This document shows positions 1 through 57,521 of a DNA stretch of 64,000 nucleotides, in pieces (position 1 is the stretch's first letter; each line of letters opens with the position of its first letter). The stretch lies in assembly GCA_963693365.1 (NCBI GenBank), contig CAVNZM010000001.1, positions 17,045,840 to 17,109,839 on the forward strand, given 5' to 3'. This DNA is from Amoebidium appalachense. Taxonomy: Eukaryota; Protista; Ichthyosporea. A program made the position numbers and the translations under genes. Under the pieces are notes generated by a model. The model ran no database searches. It was not told where the DNA came from and saw only the letters and a program-made list of their open reading frames with translations.

Positions 1-109
1 CATGTGTGTGTGTGTGTGTGTGTGTGTATGCACCCGCAGGCGCGATGTGTGCGTGCTAATGTGTATGTGTGTGCCTGTGTGTGCCTGTGCTTTGAAGGGG
101 CAAACACAC

Positions 110-15988
<15,879 letters not shown>

Positions 15989-16902
15989 TCTTCGACCTCA
16001 CACCCCAGCTCAGAAGGCCGTTGCTCGCCAACACGTTTAAAACGCTTTTCAAGCAGCTAGCTGAGCAAGCCGGCAAAAAAGGTAATATACGCTTTGTTCA
16101 CGTATCTTCATGCTCCTTAGTTTTGTTTCCTTCCCGATTGAGTGAAGTGACACAGACAAAGCTTTTTGCGCCTTTCTTTTTTGGTGCACACGTGAGCCTC
16201 CGGAACGGAACTTTTGAAAACAAACGGCCCGGCCGGGCCGGACTTTTTATTGGTTCAACGCTCTTGGAAGAACTGCTGAAAAGATCCTCAACGGCATAGT
16301 GTATTGAAAACACATGATTGGCGCAATTTGCATCAAACATTAACGTAAGGTATAAATCTTTATGCAATGCCATCTACAAGATATAAAGTCAGGCTAACGA
16401 TGACTCCCAAAGCTGTTGCACAGGATTGCGTAACTCACCGTACTGGCCCCTCAGAGACCCTGTCCCCGGGGCCCGGGCCCGCGGTAGGCCAATTGCAACT
16501 GTATCTGGTCACCCCAAGTCTGTCGACTTGACTTGCGCGTGCACGATGCATGCTGCGTGCATGCTCACGTTCCGGTGGACGCACATCCACTGTACAGTAC
16601 ATAAATGTATACACATGCACGTGGTCATATTATCTCCATCAAATGGCATGCGACACATGTACATGTACAAAGGCACACACCGTGGTTACTTTATTCACAT
16701 TCGCACATTGCATAAGGCACAAACATGTACACACACGTGCATATACACGCACACATGCAGTGTCATGGACGCCAGCTGCATGCACGCACACACACGCACA
16801 CACACAAGCGCGCACACATATACAGCGTAACCCACACGCACACACACGCGTGCGCGCACGCCCATACACGCACCCAAACACTCATCATTTGTTTGTAATT
16901 CC

Positions 16903-17081
<179 letters not shown>

Positions 17082-17868
17082 CGCGCGCGCGTGCGCGCGT
17101 CGTCTGTCTTGTTTTCTTTCTTTCTTTCTTTCTTTCTTTCGTTTTTTGTAGGGGAGGAAGGGGGGAGGACGAGGCGAGTGGGGGTGGGGGTGGAGTTTTT
17201 TTGGGGGGGGATGGGGGGGGGAGCACTAAGAACAACAATGGATACAACGGAAACTTACAAAAGTTCGCACACATCAGAAATCGTTGCCTTATGATGAGCA
17301 GAGACATTTGCCGCTGGGGAGGCGGAGTTGGTGGTGGGTGGGCGGGGAGGGGGGCAGGGGGAGGGGGGGGGGGGGGGGGGGGGGGTTGTCAAAAAAAGAG
17401 TGCCACCAACTTGAATTGTTCTACGTAGTTGCCAACGTAAGAAAATCGCTAGCCGCTGTCGAGCACCTCGAGCCTGTAAGAAAAAATCCCAAGCCAATAA
17501 TGCTGAGTGATGAAAACATTTGCACAGCCATGTAACTTTTAAACTTTGCGGGGACATAGTTTATTCACACCCATGTTCACCAGTGTCGTGCGCATGCATG
17601 TTCAAATCGAAACCATTCACCATCTATTTCAGGCTTGTTAACAAGCAGCATCAGGTAGTTATAGGTAACTAAGACTGGTTCTCATACGCAATATGGCCGC
17701 TGTTAGCATTACTGTGGCCCTAATAATTCCCGACACTCACCACTGCCCTGTCAGCATATCATAATTATGTCTTCCTATATAACGATGCTCACCGGCCACA
17801 GTACATACCACACACCTTTGTAATACAGACGTATCACTACCGATTACCTATAGAAGAGCGCTCCAAGT

Positions 17869-18549
17869 TCATGATAACCTCGCCATAGACTCTCTAGTTG
17901 CCGACATTAATTTGGCATTCCTGCGCGTTGTGACGTAGTACCAAAACGCTCCTGCAACAACTGCACACAGGCCCACGGCACCACCCACACCCACACCAAC
18001 AGCAAGTTTTGTGTTGTTGACATCCGCCCTGGGTTCCGGTTCGGTGCCGGGTCGGGTCCCATTGAATAGCTTTGCTGCTTCTTCCTCCTCCTCCTCTGTA
18101 GCATTAGACACATCTACTTCGTTGGTTGGTGTTTCGCTCTCTTCCTTCTTCACTGCATCTGCTGAGTCATGCGCAGGTGCTGTGCTGTGTGGGCGACTGC
18201 GCTCATATACAGAGCAGTGAGAATCGACACATGCTCCGATCTTGCAGTCAGCATCACTCTCGCATTTCGAGTCATTTTCTTTTCCTTCAGTCTCCCGTGT
18301 AGCCACATGATGGTATACGCATTCACCTGTGCCGTGTTTTCCACCTTCTGATTCCTTCTTGCACACGATGGCGAACGGCACAAGGGACATCTGACGCCTC
18401 ACTTCCTTTATGAGCATCATGCAATCACTGTGATGATTGCACCTTATGCCGGTAGTAGCAATAGGCGCATGGTGTGCAGGCACCACTTGCTCAGAATTAA
18501 CAAGGAAAGCTGCACAGATCAACAACCCTGTTTTGGGAAAGTAATACAT
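17869..18549 (-). CDS. Intronless predicted type I membrane protein with two small Cys-rich modules and an acidic stalk
   Basis: Clean ORF with no microsatellites. ATG at 18549 (MYYFPKTGLLICAAFLV, signal-peptide-like), CNHHSDC and CESDADCKIGACVDSHC modules, TM segment LAVGVGVGGAVGLCAVVAGAFWYYV followed by basic TTRR. Confidence 0.75.
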   Translation of the reverse strand: MYYFPKTGLLICAAFLVNSEQVVPAHHAPIATTGIRCNHHSDCMMLIKEVRRQMSLVPFAIVCKKESEGGKHGTGECVYHHVATRETEGKENDSKCESDADCKIGACVDSHCSVYERSRPHSTAPAHDSADAVKKEESETPTNEVDVSNATEEEEEEAAKLFNGTRPGTEPEPRADVNNTKLAVGVGVGGAVGLCAVVAGAFWYYVTTRRNAKLMSATRESMARLS

Positions 18550-20534
18550 TCTAACGATCTCAAAGTGCCTCCCCCTTGAAGATCTTGAAACATGGGCTGA
18601 CACGAGTGTCGATTCCGTGCTGCCTATATAACAGCATCTCAGAACGCGCCAGTTGAGCAAATGCTGAAAGTTCCCGGAAACACTAGCTATGGCACTAGAC
18701 GTGGCTTTCTACCTTTGTCAAGTTGTAGGTTCAGGCCCGCTGCTGTTCAGTCCACGTTTTGCAGAGGCGGCTGGGGACCTAGTCTACTCCGGCCCGACGT
18801 TCCGCTGGCAGCTGCTTAGGGGCGACCGAGCATAAGATCCCTCAGTCTATGTCCCCGGCGACGCCCTAGGCCTCCGGGCCTGCCGAGGCGTACAACAGAG
18901 TTTGCAGCAACACCTTTAAAAGAAAAAAAAATTGCTTGGCATCGCTGGTTTTAAGGGTAATACAGGAGAAAGAAAAGATGAATAGGTGCAGAACACTCGT
19001 GCAGCCGTTCCTTATAGAACTTTTCCTCCTTGTGCCAACTTGGCCTAACCACCAGAGTATCTTGAGCGCGGTACGCATATTAGGTAATACAGGCACATTT
19101 GCGATTGGACGACAACGTATCGGAAGACGAATATGATTGGTCAAGTACAAATTTGAATAGATCTAATTTTCGAATAGATCTACTGTACATGTTTACGTGT
19201 ATTTGCATGCTGTACGTGCCTCAGTGTTACGCAGTACCCTGGCTCTCAAGCAGGGTGGCGGATTTAGTGGGCTGTGGATTGATATTTATTATTCATTTTC
19301 TTCTATTCGTTCTCTTGACCGAGCATATTTTGCGCATGCTGGCACATATTGTCACGAGGCACCGTTTTCACTGCATTCTACAGGCTACAGTGTACTACGC
19401 GTACAGCATCGAGCTCCCTGCATACGTACACGTGTGCACGCGTGGACCGTGGTCCCGGATGGCACGTGCACAGGATCACCGATCATGATCAGCCACGCCC
19501 GTTTGAGTACGGTAGCTCTACAACCCACCATTTCTGAACTTCACAAGAACTTTTACAGGTTGGAATGAAAAAGAAGTTATGCCATGGTGTGTGTGAATCT
19601 GTTAAATTAACGCCGTTAAATGTGTATACATGAACATGTGTGAACACGTGGGGGGGGGGGGGGGGGGGGGGGGGGGGCGGGGGGGAGGGGGGGGAGGGGG
19701 GAGGGGGGGGGGGGATTTTCAGAGATCACGGGGGGCATTGCACTTTATTGGCCGCTCCCTCCGGCCAATCCGCAAACACAAGATGCGCCAATATTTTCAG
19801 ACCACTCGCAAGCAAGGCTAGTTATCGGGAAAATTCAGGCAATTTTTTTTTGTAAGTTCAACTTGTGTCGTCTGTAGATCATCAACATCGATATCGTACG
19901 CGTGTGATAAGGAAATGGTACAATTAGCGGGCCCTGGCCAGGTCAGGCAGGCTTACACTTAAATGACGTATTGCACGTCTCTTTTGTTTGAAAGGGGTGA
20001 AATTTTTGAAAAGGAAAGAGAGATGTACAGTAAATATAGCCGCTGCTAACATGCAGGGCATGGCAACCACACACATGCATAATGATCATTAAGCAAATGG
20101 TCAAAAAGGGCGAACAGCATTACATTTGCGTATAGTACTGCACAAGAAGAAAAAAACCGTGCGTTGCGAAAGGCAGTCAAATCTTTGTATCTTTCTGGCA
20201 CGAGCTCATAAGCTGCTTCACGGTGTTCTAGTGTTGAGACATTGTTCATGAGGACTGCTCTTCCCAGGCCTACTTTAGCACTAGGTCTTAAATTTTAACT
20301 TGAAAAGGCACCAATTTGTAACAACCTTCAACATTTTGGTACCCAAAAAAGGAAAGTAAACGGGCGGTTCTTGCATGATCCTGGGAAAGGGTGCCTGACT
20401 TTTCAGAACATGCCTTACGAGCATTTCGTTTCAACCACAAACAAACAAACAAACAAACAAATAAACAGAAGCAAAAAAGGCTTCAAAATACAAACCAAAG
20501 AAATGCTAGAACCGAGACGTCCGTGCCAAACTCG

Positions 20535-35739
<15,205 letters not shown>

Positions 35740-36256
35740 CTTGGAAAGCAGCCCCCAGGCACCGGAATGTGGGTGGGGGTAGTGCTCCTTTAAGGCTCGA
35801 AACGCCGACGAGGGGACATCTGTCAAATGGAATTTTTTGGACAGCGAATGTGCAGCACTTTTCTTCGGGTATGAGGTGTGGGCTGTTGTGCGTGGCACCG
35901 ACAGTGCTTTCCCGTCAGAGTAGAAGGCCTGAAAAATCCTCCTGTTGATAATTTGTTGGATGTTAGGACTGTGTGAGAGTGTGGATGGGTGTCGTTGTAA
36001 GTGTATGGGTGCTCACACGCTATAACTCTCACTAACCTCATTAACAGGAGACCGGCGAGAGAGTGATGGGAGAGGAAAGATTGACTCGAGCACCAACATG
36101 GTTGGCGGTGTGAATAGAAAGGGGGGGGGGGGGGGGGGGAATGTTAGTGGATGAAAGATCGGGAATACAGGAGGTGGATCGCGCCCCAGATGGGGGGGTT
36201 TGGGGGTTTGGGGAAGGTCTTTTTTTTTTTTTTTTTTTTTGGGGGGGGGGGGGGGG

Positions 36257-36305
<49 letters not shown>

Positions 36306-37944
36306 CGAGAGTCCATCAGTAGCTACTAGATTTGTGCATGCATTCATGGATGCAGAGCCACACATACACCGCGTGTGACATGCATTTGGCAACGTGCAAA
36401 CGAAGCGTGCACTTATGCTCGCTGCCCTCTATATGTGCATGAATCTCTCCTGTGCCCATGCATGAGCGTGCCCATGTTGACCTGCAGATAAGTGTGCTAC
36501 ACACCTCAGTACCTCTCTCTCGTTGTGGCCGGGGCCAAAGCCTGAATCTGGCTGGGCTCCACGTGGATGCAAGTGGTTGAATGGCTTGTGTTACGTTGCA
36601 CGTGGTAGGATGCTCAAAGTCTCGCGCGTGTTTAACTTAGACGGAGAAGGGGGAGACAGTCACAAACGCACAGGCACACGATCAAACATCAAATTGCATC
36701 CAAAAGATCCACGACACAGGGACCAGCAAGAGCCGACGAAGCGAGGGTTTGCAGGCAAGTAGCCCTTGAAGAGTAGCAAACCGGTGGCCCGTTTCACTTT
36801 CCCTTTCTTTTACTGTTTCTTTACGACCTTTTTGGAAATAATTCTGCCTTTATAAACCCCCTTACCTTGCTGTTTTGCAGAGGCTCTGTGCAGTGATGAC
36901 ATGGATGCAGCTCCAAAAGTGGCTTGTCTATGAGCCGGCACGGTGCACGACAGGCACCCCCTATACCTGCCCCAAAAGAACCCCTACGGAGTCCTCTTTT
37001 TCTTTTGTCCTCTTTCGCTTACAAAAAATAAGAGATATTGGCATTGTGCGATTAAGGCAGTAACAATACATAGAATAAAACAGAACTAATATGTACATTT
37101 ATATAAATAGTTCAATAAATTTACTCAGGTAGCTGTTGATGCTAAATGTGTTGGTTTAAGGTCGGTAAATATAATTCGAAATTCAAGAAATGAATCACAC
37201 TACCATGCATATGTACTTTTAGAATTTAATTCTGACCGATACCCAGCACTGGAAGAGAAGGCACTACTCCACTGGACTTCTATAAGCATGTCGGCTATTA
37301 CCTGGCAACTTCTAACCTTTTTTTTTTCACCGCGATAATACTGATCATGTCCCTGTTCGTCGACAGTAGCAACGTTCAGCATTGTTCCCTGCATTTTCGC
37401 AGGATCCGGGGGCCTGGCCTACATGGTAACTGGCAGGCAGTGGGCACTTCAACGGCTCCGCAAAACGACAGGAGTTTAGGTTGAAGAGGTGACGTCCAAT
37501 CATCGATGTCTTTTTTCTGGATATGTTGTCTCATTGGCTTAGGTCATGGGCACTTTCCAAATATGGCTAACTCAAGAATGCCAATGAACATGAGCGGTGT
37601 CTGCACGTGCATGTGCATGTGCCACCCACAGCGGTGCCAGCACATCATTTAGTACGTGACCCTGTGTGCATAATATCCATATATGTATGTGAAATTCCAG
37701 GAGGGGGCCTGGTTTTACCTGCTTTCTAGCTATTATCACACAACAAAGGCCTTTTATACACGATGCAACGTCGGACGTACGCGTGTCAAACACGGCGACA
37801 TTGATATCAATCGACGTCGACCAGATAGATGATCGTGTGATATCGCCGCCGGGCATATGATGGGCTTCCGGGCCGTGTACATGTGTGCACACTGTCCCCA
37901 CTGCACCACGTGTGTATTGCCTTACGTGTGTCTTGCCTTACTGA

Positions 37945-37992
<48 letters not shown>

Positions 37993-38078
37993 GCATATGT
38001 GTACTGAAGAGAGCTCGGAAGGAGGGCAGGGGAATTCAGGGGGGGGGGGAGGGGGGGGGAGGGAGGAGGCCGGGGACT

Positions 38079-38121
<43 letters not shown>

Positions 38122-38470
38122 CGGAGCTCCATGCCACACCCCAAAGAGGCCGAGGCCACGGCGCGATCGCGATCCCGCTTTCATCATGACGTCATCGTAT
38201 ACGTCACCCTCGAGTGTAAACTTGATCATGAAGAAAAAAGTGGCGAAGTATAGGTACCTATATCATATGAATCTGTTGTGTGACTGGAAACACGAGAAGC
38301 AGACTACGGTGAGCCTACGGTGGAAATTGCTGGAAGGATGAAATAGGCAGTCGGAGAAAACATACACCGGAATCTTGCACTTTTTTTATTTTCACTTTTT
38401 AGCTTTTCACGCACGCAAAGCATTCGTACACGAACTCACCCACAACCAATCTCTAGTAAACGTTGCCATT

Positions 38471-39268
38471 ATGCCGACTCAAGCAATCGACAAAGACCGT
38501 GAAAAGGCCATCAGGCAATGGCACAAGGTCGTTTGGTTGGGTTATGGGCTGGTTCTTCTTGGTGCTGCCGTGCCCATGGTTTCGTATTCTCTGAGAAGCA
38601 GTGATTACAGATTCAATCACGCATTTAGCATCAGCACTTTGCTTATTTTCTCAGGTGTTGTTCTGTGGGTTTACGGGAGAAAGAGGGTGATGATGCTTGA
38701 GATCAACCCAATCCAACCAGTTTCTATACACGGCGACAATAATGGTGGCCTTCCTCCACCCCCGCCTCCCAACACTTCCCATCTGCCCGGTTACTCCGAG
38801 TCTGCTGCTCCCTTGAATCCCTGTCCCTATCCTCCCACAACCTATTATCCAGCAAACCCGAGTTTCCAGCCAGTCACCGATGTCCCGCCTGCCTATGCAA
38901 CCATTTTTGCAACACCGCCTCTACAAAACAACCAGAGCTGGATTCAACCACCTCCGAGCACCCCAACTGCGCACTCTTCCTGCGCTTATACGCCCAGTAC
39001 ACAACGGCAACCGGAACAACCACAAAACCAATTACAACTCCCACAAGGGCACCCAACACTTTCTTCTTCTGCTGGGTTGCACGCCACACCTAACTCAGTG
39101 GAGATGGGACCATTAAATACAGCTGCAACGCAGGAAGGGGTCTCGACCACGCAACAAAGCACACCTGGAAACGTACCAACACAGGGCGAGCTGGAGGTTC
39201 TAGCTCCCAGCAATGGCAACGTGATGGAAGAACCGAGTGCTCCTCTGCAGAACCCCCGCACAACGTGA
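38471..39268 (+). CDS. Intronless two-TM membrane protein with a long Pro/Gln-rich tail carrying PY motifs
   Basis: ATG at 38471 (MPTQAIDK). Hydrophobic segments VVWLGYGLVLLGAAVPMVSY and AFSISTLLIFSGVVLWVYG, then [10 protein letters not shown] and VPPAY; stop at 39268. Confidence 0.75.
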   Translation: MPTQAIDKDREKAIRQWHKVVWLGYGLVLLGAAVPMVSYSLRSSDYRFNHAFSISTLLIFSGVVLWVYGRKRVMMLEINPIQPVSIHGDNNGGLPPPPPPNTSHLPGYSESAAPLNPCPYPPTTYYPANPSFQPVTDVPPAYATIFATPPLQNNQSWIQPPPSTPTAHSSCAYTPSTQRQPEQPQNQLQLPQGHPTLSSSAGLHATPNSVEMGPLNTAATQEGVSTTQQSTPGNVPTQGELEVLAPSNGNVMEEPSAPLQNPRTT

Positions 39269-39336
39269 AGGAAGATGAAGGTGTGCCGGTGGCACGACCG
39301 GAGCAGGTGTTAGTGTGTGCTTCTGTGGGTGGTGCT

Positions 39337-39389
<53 letters not shown>

Positions 39390-40391
39390 GGGGGGGGCAG
39401 GAGCTTTGTGTGGGAGGGGGGGAAATGGGGGCTTGTGAATGAAGAGAAGTTTTTTCCACTCGGCCTGTGTTCGCCTTGTTTTGAGTATAGAAGGCTCTAT
39501 ATTTTAAGACACTTAGAAGCCAAAAAAAAAGGCACGTGATAAATGTGGGAGTTGTATGGCAAGGCTGCGAGTTCTGGTGCTTTTGTTGTACTAAATACTG
39601 CCCATATGTGGTGTTCTGTACGGTTAATTAGTTAACTTACCGCGCCAAAAGGATTTTACACCCAACACAAAGTTCTTAACGAATAACATAAGAAGATCAC
39701 TAAATAAGCTCTAATTCCACAGTAGTGAAGTAGTTGCATGATGACATAACCATGTATATAGTATATGAAGGTTTATTGAAGGAAAGAAGTGTGAACAATT
39801 AAAGTTTCAAATACATATAACACTGGTTCATGTGACGAAATGAAATGAACATAAGGATTGCGTATGCTGGATGTACTGTACATCAACAATATATTTTAGT
39901 TCAGTAAAGAGCAATAGTAGAAAACGATTTGTGGAGAAATGGCGTTGGGCTGACCAAAATCAAGGCACCAAAGTTACTCTGCCTACAGGAGCAGGGTATA
40001 CCATACAGCAGACATCAGTCTAACGTAATTCCTTTAGCAACTTTGGCAATCCTTTTTCTTCGACTAGGATGTTTCGTGGGCCGTCTTCACGTGTTCGTTG
40101 TTGTTGCCCGGTATGTTTACATAAGTCCATACACTTGAATTGGCATCACAGCGTTTCCTACCAAGCTGGGATCGTTTGTTGAGGCCTGGGAAGCTTATAC
40201 CACCAGTAACCATGCTGCTGCTTGGGGGGGGGGGGGTGGCAAAGTAGCGGATTGTCTGTGCCTATCGCCGAAAATGGTTTAGAAAGTGTAGACATAGCAC
40301 ATGAAAAAGCACATAGACCGTAACTTGGCTGCGCGTGCGCGTATGCAATCACGCGTGTGTGACACCGGCCAGGGGCGCGGGGGGGGGGGGG

Positions 40392-40535
40392 TTTGAATGC
40401 GGAACACAGTACGAAGTACGCATAGACGATGAGAAGCATGATGCAGGACACATGCAAAGGCAAATATTCAAGTATGCAGCATCAGCCATGCGCACAGTAT
40501 GCGTCATAAGCAGAGCCCATCCTCAGGGAGGGCCC
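40392..40535 (-). repeat. Dispersed repeat family A copy (diverged)
   Basis: Reverse complement reads ccctgaggatgggctctgcttatgacgcatac...gtacttcgtac..cgcattcaaa(C)n. Confidence 0.8.
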
Positions 40536-41702
40536 AAGTGGGGGGGGGGGGGGGGGGGGGGAGGGGTTGGGAGGAGAGGTTACTGTGTTATTCAGAGGAT
40601 GCCACGTGCAGCAGGGAGACGTCTGTGGGGACGTGTCTTGTAGGTGCAAAAGAAGAGTGTGTTCGTGTAGCCACCAGCTCTTTTCGCCCTCCAACTGTTA
40701 TAACATATTGACTAAGTTGTCTTACTCGGTGCCTGCCAGGGCTGGCAGCAGCCTACTTTCCCCACAGCATCCACACTATCCGACGCCCTATATTCCTACT
40801 TTTTTGTGTGTTTATATAGACTATTCGAATCCACTTCTAATAGGTGCACAGTTGTACACACATGCGCGCGCGCACTGCGCACGTGTGCGCACAACAGACA
40901 TGCACACACACACATCATGCAGTGCCACGTCAGGTCAGGCTGCCACGCACAGCCGGCCCCAACACACACGCACAACCCCACCTTGACAACGGCGTGTGAC
41001 AGACATATTGTCAAGTGCACTGTAACTAAAGCGCACAGACCGAACACGTGTATCCTAAGTTTTCTATTATTAGGTTTACATGTAGTACAAATGCACAGAC
41101 ATGCGCGTGTACGTGCACTGCGTACACTGGTACACGAATGTACATCACGGTCACTAACACACTATATATCGACAAGCACGTATATATTGGCAAAGTAACC
41201 AACAGGAACTGCCTAAAGGTCTTTCTCAAGTTTAGTAGGCATTATTCTCATCCTGAGACTATGTGACCCAGACGTACAAAGCTCCTTACGGTGTCGTGTA
41301 GTCTTTCCATGTTATTAAGAAGTAGAGGAATCGAGGCCTCGATGGGTTAGCGGAAAGTGGAGAAAGCGGAGATAAAGAGAGATAGGTGTCTTGGCTGGAA
41401 GCTAGCACGGGAAGGTGAAGAGAACGAGAGAGATCCGATGATAGAGCGGAAAGCTAGACAGAAAGGGTAGGAGGGGTGCAGAGACAGAGCCTCCCGAGAG
41501 AGAGGAGCATACGGATAAGGAAGGGGCGGAGAGAGGGGAGGGGGAGATAAAGAGAGGGGGGGGAGGGGAGGGAGGGCGGGGGCGCGGGTGGGGGCATAGA
41601 GGGAGAGTGTGTGTTAAGGGTTGGGGTGGGTGGGTATGGGGTGGGAGGATCTGGAGAGTGAGAAAGAGAGCATAGATCCAGAGTAGGGGAGAGATAAAGG
41701 GT

Positions 41703-41763
<61 letters not shown>

Positions 41764-42520
41764 CGGGGGGGCGCCACTTAGCTGCCACAGTACTGATTTC
41801 CATGCTTTCCTCGCTAAAGGCGAATGCATGTATGTGGGCAGGCCTAGGTTTGCGTTGCTATGTGTGTCTGAGCTCGGGGGTGTCTTGGGCCACTGCATTT
41901 TACGACGTTTTCCCGTTGAAGGTCTGGTGGCAGGCAGGAGGCTGGATCTTTTGCGTAACAGTTTAACATATTTGTGTGTTTGCTTGGATCAAAGGATTGG
42001 CCAAATCAGGGTTTGAATTTTAGTTTCGAATTATTGGGGGGGCCAACTGGTTCTTTGGTAATCGCCAAAAAAACTTACACGTACACTTACGGTTTTGCCC
42101 GCTGGTGTCCTTTGTCAATTGTCGCTTTATTTTTATTTCGTAGCTTTGGCTTTTTCAGTTCTATTGGTGGTTATGTAGCCTGTGGCTGCACGTTGCCTTC
42201 ATCAACGGATCAATAAACCCGAGTCAAAAGAAAAAAAAAACTTTGGTAAAAAAAACCCTCGATCGTCCACCCCCCCCCCCCCCCCCAATATGGCGGCCAT
42301 ATGCCCCCCCCCCCCCCCCCCCCCCCCCGCCCTCCCCCCCCCTTTCCCTCCCTCCCTCCCTCCCTCCCTCCCCGGAAGTCGCTGTGTGACGTTGTTTTTT
42401 GGCGAAGAGTGCGCAGATCTGTGCTCTGAGTTAGTGGCCTAGAATCCGGAAGTGGGTGAGGGGTTGGCCGGGGAGGGACGGGCCCCGGAGGGCCCGGTCC
42501 GGAGGGGCCCTGATAGGCAA

Positions 42521-42565
<45 letters not shown>

Positions 42566-42736
42566 CGCGTACACGTGCACGCATCAGGCGGGATTTTGTG
42601 ACCCTAGGGCGAGTCCCGCGGTCGGGCACCAGCCCGAAAATTTTTGGAGAATTTTGTATGTTTTCGCGCTCAAAATCGATGATTTTGGGACTTCTCGACA
42701 CCGTGCTGAGTACATGCATAAGTAGGGGCTGCAGCT

Positions 42737-42912
<176 letters not shown>

Positions 42913-43419
42913 GTACCATTCCCTTGGACGATCTTTGGGAAATCGTTCAAAAAGTTTGGTAAATTATTAAACGTCTTTTGGTAATATCGAACTCTGGGCC
43001 AAATTTGTCAAAAATGCATCGCAAATAGATCTACTTACTTTTGATTGGCTACACTGTGAGCAACCGAGTTTTGCCATGGTGACAACTCACTGACGACCGC
43101 AAGTTGCAACTCAAGTCAGCGGCCGAGTGACAGCGCGCGCTTGACTCAACACGGCAAAAGTGGTGCCAACCCGTAGTACTTATTTGTGAAAGTTACACAG
43201 GTGTTTGAACGGGACGGGGGACGGGACGGTTAATATATGTAGGGTTCCGGTAGAAAAACGTTGAACGCTTGGTGAGTTTTATTTATATATTTTTGGGCTG
43301 GGACTCCTGTACAGCTCTTGTCACATACCCATCGGACTTCTGGTCACACTAAGACACTACTTCTTGGTACCTGCGTAGAATAGGTCTAACTGTACTGCCC
43401 TGAAGAGGGGCCACGTAAC

Positions 43420-55469
<12,050 letters not shown>

Positions 55470-56078
55470 GAGAGTGCGAGTGTGTGAATGTGGGTGGCAG
55501 AATGTGAGGTAAAAATGAGTTTGTGATGTAAGACACTCTGCACATTTTCGGGAGAAATGTGGACATAGGATGTCTCTTTGCAGGAACACACGCACACGCC
55601 GTGCACCTACTCACCTCCGAGCGCATATCTATATAACAAGTACGTGCACAGTTGTAAATGAAGAAACCCACCTGCTTAAATATGCACATCGCACAATCAA
55701 ACAACAATTCGTACACGAAACTGCTGCTGCATCAAGTGGGCCCACGCACATCAATGGTACCGATTCGGGTTGGTTTTTTTTAACAATGCAATACTTGATT
55801 TGTTTGAGACGATGGAGTGTCTTTAGACCATGCCTTATATTATATCAACATATGAAATGAGGACAAGGGCGGGATGATAGATCTTTTTAAGCACGTGACT
55901 ACCACGCTGTACATAGACGTTGTAAGGAGATAGATGCCATTGAAGCAGCTTACACCCCGAACATACATATAGCAACATCAATAAAGAGTTTTCACGGTGT
56001 ATACTGTTCACCAGTTGTCCAGCAAGCATGATCGATCTTGGGGTGGGGGTGGGGGACCGGGGACCGGGGGAGGGAAGG

Positions 56079-56117
<39 letters not shown>

Positions 56118-56962
56118 GATGTCAACAGGCTAATGAGGTGGGATTGACATGTGCGGAGAGCCTGGGCACATATATGTCCCCGGATAATAGGATAATATAT
56201 AACAGGTCTGTATCATCCATGTGTGTGTGTGGGAGGGGGGGGGGGGGGGTTCCTACTTTTTTGGTTGTTTGATTAGAAAATATACTCAATCCAATATGCA
56301 CATTAATGAAAACACGGGGAGTCCTTTATAGTGCCATTTATTCGATGTCAGACACCTTTTTCTTGATGCACATGCGAAAAGCGACATGATACTGCCATAA
56401 GCAGTTTGGATATTTCACTATGATACTACATTTTTTGTTTTTATTTGTAATGTGCAGTTAAATTTAAAAGCCGCCGTTAGCTATAAGCATATAGCGGCAC
56501 ACATGCGTACAGTTTTACTTTCGACAACAATACCATTGTTCCGGTTGCTAGTCCAAATGATGATAAAAAATTAAAAAGAGACAAACCACCAAAAATAAAA
56601 AGGACAAACGTGCAAGGTTTTAGGCTTCAAGTGCACGTTCATCCAAATTTCAAGCCGGAAAACCAAAAACAACCAGCAGCAATATGATACATATTCGGCC
56701 AACAAGGTAACCCCTGCACACGACTCATTCTAAGAACTACAGGGCCTCAAAACGTAAGCACCAAATGAGAATCCATGCGTGTGTGTACGTGTCATGGAAT
56801 CCCTTGTGTGTATATGATCAAAAGCATAGCACATCTGGGCATACCTCGTTCATATCTCACACACCTCGATCCTCGCCATTATCACCATCCCGCACCTCTC
56901 TCTCCAACGGATACAGCCCCACAACCACCGCACCGTCACCCCCTACCCCCAACTCCTCTAAG

Positions 56963-57486
56963 TTACCCTCCGCCCCCTCTCCCCCTTCCACAACCTCCAT
57001 AGCTAATGCCGTCTCTGCCTCCTCCCCCCCCCTCTTCCCCTCCGCCCACACCTTCCTTATTTGGAACTCCCTCTGTAACACCACCCTCCAACTCCATTTG
57101 CAAAGCATCTGCAGCCTGCAGTACCGTGAGTCCCTCGTTAGCTTCCTCCTCTCCTTCCTGTCTTTCCTCGTTGGTTTCACCCTCGTTCGTGTCAGCTTCC
57201 TTCCTAGCAGTCCTCGATTCCTCCTTCACGTCACCCACCATGAAAAGTGAGTCATGAGTCTCATCCTCGTTTTCTTCAACCACATCCTCTGAATCCCCGA
57301 TAGTGTCCTCGCCGTGTTTTTCGACCATGCGGGCCCTGAGTACCTCTTTAAATTCACGGCATTTTTGGCAGCGGGTGGGCAGTCCCTGTCTCTCTACCGG
57401 CGGCTTGAACCAGATCTGTGTATGGGTGTGTATGTGGGTGTTTTTGTTTTTATTTTTATTTTTTTTTATTTGTTTTTTTTGGTGGT

Positions 57487-57521
<35 letters not shown>

